Of a stretch of DNA of 64,000 bases, positions 58,971 to 64,000 are shown piece by piece. The translations under genes were made by a program, and so were the position numbers. The stretch is from Candidatus Hydrogenedentota bacterium (GTDB lineage Bacteria > Hydrogenedentota > Hydrogenedentia > Hydrogenedentales > SLHB01): assembly GCA_963668025.2 (NCBI GenBank), contig CAXXTH010000019.1, forward strand, positions 181,734 to 245,733. Reading direction: 5' to 3'. The stretch's first letter is position 1; the number at the start of each line of letters is the position of its first letter. Under the pieces are notes generated by a model, which saw only the letters and a list, made by a program, of their open reading frames with translations, did not search any database and was not told the origin of the DNA.

Positions 58971-60674
58971 TTAACCTTTCATACCCGTCAGCGTAATCCC
59001 CTGGATGAATTGCCGTTGTGCGGCGAAAAACAATGCGATGATCGGCAGTGTCATCAGCACGGCGGCCGCCATCAGCAAACCATAATTGAGCATCTGGAAC
59101 GCTTGCAAAGCGAAAAGCCCCAGGCTCAACGGATACAATTCCTGGTCGCTTAAGTAAATCAGCGGCCCCATGAAATCATTCCAAACACCCATGAATGTGA
59201 AAATGCCGATGGTGGCCAGCGCGGGCTTAATCAGCGGCAAAATAATGCGCCAGTAAATACCCACATAGCCGCATCCGTCAATCTTCGCGCTGTCCTCCAG
59301 ATCCGCTGGGATGCTCCGCATGAATTGGCGCAGCAAGAAGATAGCAAACGCCGACCCAAAAAATGAAGGAACCCACAGCGGCAGCAACGTATTATACCAG
59401 CCCATATGCTTGAAAATCAGGAACACCGGAGCCATGGTCACTTGGGCGGGTATCATGATGGTGGCCAGCACCAGGCTGAAGCAGAAATCCCGCCCCGGCC
59501 ATTGCAAGCGCGCGAATGCAAACGCCACCAGCGAAGAGCCTAAAATCGAGCCTATGACATTCATCAGCACCAGGAAGACGCTGTTTCGTATATAGGAATA
59601 CAATGGCGCCATGCGCAGCACCTGGCGGTAGTTATAGCCAAATTTATTGAAAATGGACACCCAAAACGGCCTGTAATGGCATGTGATGCTCATCCGGACC
59701 GACCCCGGGGTATTATAATCCGATATTCCTGCATCGCGGATATCATACCATGTCTTCATACGAAGGGCGTCTTCATTCGGGTCGGGAAACTTCCACGTGA
59801 TGTCTTGCCAAAGATCCGTGCTTAGATAAACAGGCTCCGTGGATTCATACCGGCGGCCGCCCATTTCAAGCATCACCTCAAGCTCATGCCAGGAACGATC
59901 TCCATGGATGCTGGCGCAGCATTTGCGCAGTGCATTGGGCTGCATGCGCAGAGGCAGCTCCGCGCGCATCGTGAACACATCCTCCTGGTCAAAATCATAA
60001 TGCGCCTCGATGGCGGGCCGGAGCAGCCCGTCTGGGCGTGAAATGAGTTTCACGGATCCCTCGATGCCCCGCCAATCAAATGACGGCTGCCCTTCCGTGA
60101 AACGCTCGATATTGGCGGCGTCGTAACCAATAAACGTGACTCCCGCCAAGGCCATATGCCGGTATGCCGTCTCAAACACTTCACGCGCCAGGGCCGCGTC
60201 CACATGCTCCGCGAACCATGCTTGCGCTTCCGCCTCGGGCAAATGGAACACCTCATCCGGCGCCCGCTTGACGAGCCGGTTCAACATACCTTCCGCCAAA
60301 TCGGGATGCCCCAGATAGGGAGCGTAAAACGCGGGCAGTTCTTGCCGAAGCGCAACCGTGCGTTCCGAAATGGCGCGCAACACGGGAGGCTTCAACCGTT
60401 CCCAATCTTCGGCCGCTACGCTTATCGGACACTCCGCATGCTCGTTGGCGCGCAGCTCTATATACGGTGAAGAGGCGGCGGTTTTGGGTGCGGGGGGCAG
60501 CCAGCGCGGCGGATACATTTCATCGGGCATCTTGGCGCTTGTGCTTAGCAGCCAAATAAAGGGCGCGGCAAATACAAATGAACCCGATATAAGCGCTATG
60601 TGGAGCATCACGCGCCGAAAGAAGCGCGCCGTGCGGCGGATGGCGTCCGCTTTTCCATTAGCGCTCAGATTCAT
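58971..60674 (-). CDS. Carbohydrate ABC permease (MalG-type) with a large periplasmic insertion
   Basis: AFAFARL.WPG, IFLLRQF, EAA loop LEDSAKIDG, WNDFMGPL, FIQGITLTGMKG. Confidence 0.92.
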   Translation of the reverse strand: MNLSANGKADAIRRTARFFRRVMLHIALISGSFVFAAPFIWLLSTSAKMPDEMYPPRWLPPAPKTAASSPYIELRANEHAECPISVAAEDWERLKPPVLRAISERTVALRQELPAFYAPYLGHPDLAEGMLNRLVKRAPDEVFHLPEAEAQAWFAEHVDAALAREVFETAYRHMALAGVTFIGYDAANIERFTEGQPSFDWRGIEGSVKLISRPDGLLRPAIEAHYDFDQEDVFTMRAELPLRMQPNALRKCCASIHGDRSWHELEVMLEMGGRRYESTEPVYLSTDLWQDITWKFPDPNEDALRMKTWYDIRDAGISDYNTPGSVRMSITCHYRPFWVSIFNKFGYNYRQVLRMAPLYSYIRNSVFLVLMNVIGSILGSSLVAFAFARLQWPGRDFCFSLVLATIMIPAQVTMAPVFLIFKHMGWYNTLLPLWVPSFFGSAFAIFLLRQFMRSIPADLEDSAKIDGCGYVGIYWRIILPLIKPALATIGIFTFMGVWNDFMGPLIYLSDQELYPLSLGLFALQAFQMLNYGLLMAAAVLMTLPIIALFFAAQRQFIQGITLTGMKG

Positions 60675-63158
60675 AATACACCCATCGTTTCGACAAGCGG
60701 AGCTGCAAAACCGTCAATCCCAGAATGATGAAAAAAAGCACCCACGCCATGGCCGAGGCATATCCCATGCGGAGATAACGGAACGCGTTATTGAACAGCG
60801 CATAGGCATAAAACAGCGTCGAGTTCACCGGCCCGCCTTGGGTCATGATGAACGCCTGCGTGAATATCTGGAAGGTGCCGATCACGCCCATGATGAGATT
60901 GAATAGGATATAAGGGCTTAACATCGGAAGCGTGATGCTCCAGAATTTCCGCCAGCGGCCCGCGCCATCGAGTTCCGCTGCTTCATACAAATGCGTGGGA
61001 ATGCCTTTTAATCCCGCGAGCCATATGATCATGCCGCCCCCGGCCCCCCATAATCCCATCAGGATGAGCGCCGGTTTCGACCATGCAGGGTCTTGCAGCC
61101 ACAGCGGCCCGGGAATCCCCATGCCGCGCAAGAGCCCATTCAGCACGCCTTCTTGGGGATTGAATATCCACAGCCACAAGAGCGAGGCCGCCACGGCGGG
61201 CATGATCGCGGGCAGATAGAAGAACGTGCGGTACACCGCCATGCCGCGCACTTCATAATTCAAGAGCACGGCGATCCCGAGGCTCACCATCATGCCCAGC
61301 GGTATCCCGATGGACATGAACAGCGTGTTCCACAGCGAGAGGTAGAACACATCATCTTCGGTGAACATCTCGATATAGTTGGCCAGCCCCGCCCATTTCG
61401 GGGGATGCAGCACATCGTATTCGCAGAAGCTCATGATGAGGGAGAACAGCAGCGGCCCCCCGCCGAACAGGGCGAATCCAATGAACCAGGGCATCGCGAA
61501 CAAATAACCCGCATGGAATTCCTTGCGGAAATAGCCTTTCGCGGCCACGCGCCGGTTCGCCAGCACATACCCCACGGCTACGGCGAGGCCCAGCAGCCCC
61601 ACATAAAGCGCCACTATCGGCTGCCAGCGCAATTCCTTCCGAGGCGCGGGCTTGTATATCCGGTCCAGCGCGCGCTGCGTATCCGCGGCGTATTTATTCA
61701 GCACAAGCTGGGCGTTGCGTTCGATGTCCGAGGAGTCCATTCTCATGTAGATGCCCTCGTCCATGGCGTTCACTTGGGCGTTCCACAGCACTTGCCCCAC
61801 CGGCGTCACCGGGCGGTATCGGGAGGACGGCAGGCAATCCACGAACACCCGCGTGGCTTCTTTAAATTTATTTGCGATGGAAGGGTCATGGTAATAATAC
61901 TCTTCCAGGAGCCATTCCGTGTTGTCCTTCCGCCCCAGGAGGCGCGGGATCCATACGCTGCCCGCCGCACGCGCGGCCTGCCTCCCGGCTTCGGCCTTGA
62001 TCTGTTCCGCCCGCCTGCTCACCATGTATTTGATAAAGGCCCATGCTTCTTCAGGATGCTCGGAGCCTGTGGGGATCACCAGCGACCAGCCCCCGCACCA
62101 GCCCATGCGCGGTTTTCCTTCCGGCGCTGGCGGCAGCGTGACGCCAAAGCGGAGATCCCGTTTCAGATTGGCGATAGCCGTCACATATGAATCTAGGTCG
62201 ATCCGCATGGCGATCTTGCCAGACATGAACGGATCGAGGTCTGCGCCATCCTGGCTGATTTGAAATGCCGCCACCTGTTTCGCGCCGCCCATCAATTGAT
62301 ATAACCGGGAGACATACGTGAGCGCGCCAGCGATTTCGGGAGAGAAAATTCAGCAGGCACGTCTGTCCATCCTCACTTAAGTATTCCCCGCCGTTCAGCC
62401 ATCCATACAGATACAGCCACGAATTGCCATAGATGGGGATGAAGCCCGCCCGGAGCAGCTTCCCATTCGCATCCCGCTCCGTCAAAATCTTCACCGCTTT
62501 TTCGAGCTGCTCCCAGGTCCGTGGCGGACCTGGCTTGCTGGGATCATGCTCATCCACGCAGCCTACGGCGATAAGGGCTTTGGCGTGCTTATCGAATAAG
62601 TCTTTATTGTAATAGAGCGCACGGTTGTCCGTGTCCGTGGGAACCGCGTACAGTTCGCCATTGAAACACGCTTCATTCCAGCACGGCTCGAAAAACTGCT
62701 CCTGGCGCAAGGTCAGCGGATCATCAGGATGCTCGCGCTGATCGCGGTCAATGAACGGCTGCAAATTCATGAATGCCCCCGCGCGACGCCCATTCGCCCA
62801 CGGCGAACCGGTCGAACCACACCACATCCGGCGGATCACCGCCGGCAATGCCGCAGAGGAGTCTTTGGGGATCATTCGTGCGATTGACGGAAGCGGCTTG
62901 CGCCATGATGACTTTAATGGAAGGCTGGCCATTGCGGCCATCGTGCTGGTTTTCGAAATCCTGGATCAGGTCAGGCGCGATGAGATCGTTCTCATAGCCC
63001 CAGTAATAAAGAGTAACCGTCTCTTTCGCATCACCAAATGCGGGACACCCGAAGGATGCCAGCACCATAATCAAGGCCGCCGAGGTTTGTTTCACGCCAT
63101 ACACCTCCCACCGTGCCAGGGCAATTGCATAAAAACACAAGCGGCGAATGCAATTCAA
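60658..63158 (-). CDS. Fused sugar-binding protein + MalF-type permease, split by two frameshifts (~62778 and ~62345)
   Basis: IAGGDPPDV, LYYNKDLF and GGWSLVIP (SBP); YRTFFYLP and LYEAAELDGA (permease); G5>G4 and removal of an extra tttc (or 1 nt) restore a single ORF; start uncertain. Confidence 0.8.
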
Positions 63159-63242
63159 GCACCGGTGCGGCAGATAAGCGTAACTCGATAAAAATGTCCT
63201 CTGCTGAAGAGTCTATGACGAGGATGTTTCCAACAAGCTTAT

Positions 63243-63938
63243 TCAGAAACCAAACGGCAATGGTACGCCAGAAAAACTCTCGGCGGGATTTGCCTTCGAG
63301 AGAATCATGAATCCTGCCCGCGACAGCAGGCCCTCCATGATCCAGTCATAGGTGCTGTATTCCTGCGCTACATGGCGGGCCGCTTCGACGCGCATACTGG
63401 GAAAGCTGTTTGCAAAACGCTCGAAACTGGTTTCTGGCGGTTCGCCTTCCGCTAAGGCGAAAACAACATCGCGCAGAATAAATTGGCCGCCCGGTTTGAG
63501 TGTCCGCGCGATATTCCGCAGCGCCACATATTTCCAGGCATCGGGCAAATGATGCAGCGCAGCGCCTGAAACCACGGCGTCGAAATGCATTGCGGGGAAA
63601 TCCATCGTGAGGAATCCCGCATGCTGTACGGCGATATCGGGAAGGCCTTCCGTTTTGGCTACTTGGCGGACGTATTCGAGCATGCTGGCGGACACGTCGA
63701 TGGCAGTGGCGGATAACCCTGCCGCGGCGGCAGCCCTGGAGAAGCGCCCCGTTCCGCATCCAATCTCCAAGACGGACGCCCCGGGCGGCAGTTGCAGCAT
63801 GCCGAGCATTTCCCGGTTTTCGGCGTTTACATCCCGAAAGTCAGCCATGCGGTTGTCGTAGGTGGCGATTTCTTTCAAATCGGTGTAATCCGTGCCGACT
63901 TGCTGCATCTCATTCCATTGCCAATCCGGAGTTTTCAT
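63243..63938 (-). CDS. Class I SAM-dependent methyltransferase
   Basis: VLEIGCGTG, AIDVS..ML, AGFL, ALHHLPD.WK, LKPGG; possible +1 frameshift near the end (63272-63276). Confidence 0.9.
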   Translation of the reverse strand: MKTPDWQWNEMQQVGTDYTDLKEIATYDNRMADFRDVNAENREMLGMLQLPPGASVLEIGCGTGRFSRAAAAAGLSATAIDVSASMLEYVRQVAKTEGLPDIAVQHAGFLTMDFPAMHFDAVVSGAALHHLPDAWKYVALRNIARTLKPGGQFILRDVVFALAEGEPPETSFERFANSFPSMRVEAARHVAQEYSTYDWIMEGLLSRAGFMILSKANPAESFSGVPLPFGF

Positions 63939-64000
63939 CGATTGAACCTCATTTCCAATTACCATTTATACGAAAAGAATCCTAAAATATCCGTTTCATG

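Overview
A GC-rich bacterial chromosome segment; the gene and repeat style suggests Ca. Hydrogenedentes, but that is inference only. Housekeeping, envelope and carbohydrate genes include a UbiA-family transferase, a PqaA-family hydrolase, alpha-2-macroglobulin + pbpC, an MCP, an M14 peptidase, vWA-OmpA, two GH99-like paralogs, tandem metallophosphoesterases, IMPase, transketolase, comM, DUF4914, DppA and a sugar ABC transporter. They are interspersed with many IS elements (IS1634, ISAs1, IS4-like, IS701/IS4-like, IS1380 and remnants) and several palindromic repeat families. The standout is a low-GC, translationally coupled two-gene cassette at 10483-13148: a non-canonical class I SAM methyltransferase followed by a UG/Abi (DRT-like) reverse transcriptase (YVDD) with a long C-terminal extension. 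This is a candidate uncharacterised anti-phage system, and an IS1634 has inserted into its structured leader. Also notable: an ISAs1 variant carrying a divergent small ORF and an 18-bp palindrome (with a second remnant copy), a degenerate radical-SAM/SPASM-GT2 fusion, a modular REP-containing repeat, and several +1 frameshifts, mostly in homopolymers, that look like assembly errors. No tRNA, rRNA or CRISPR array was recognised. All family calls come from motif recognition, not database searches.
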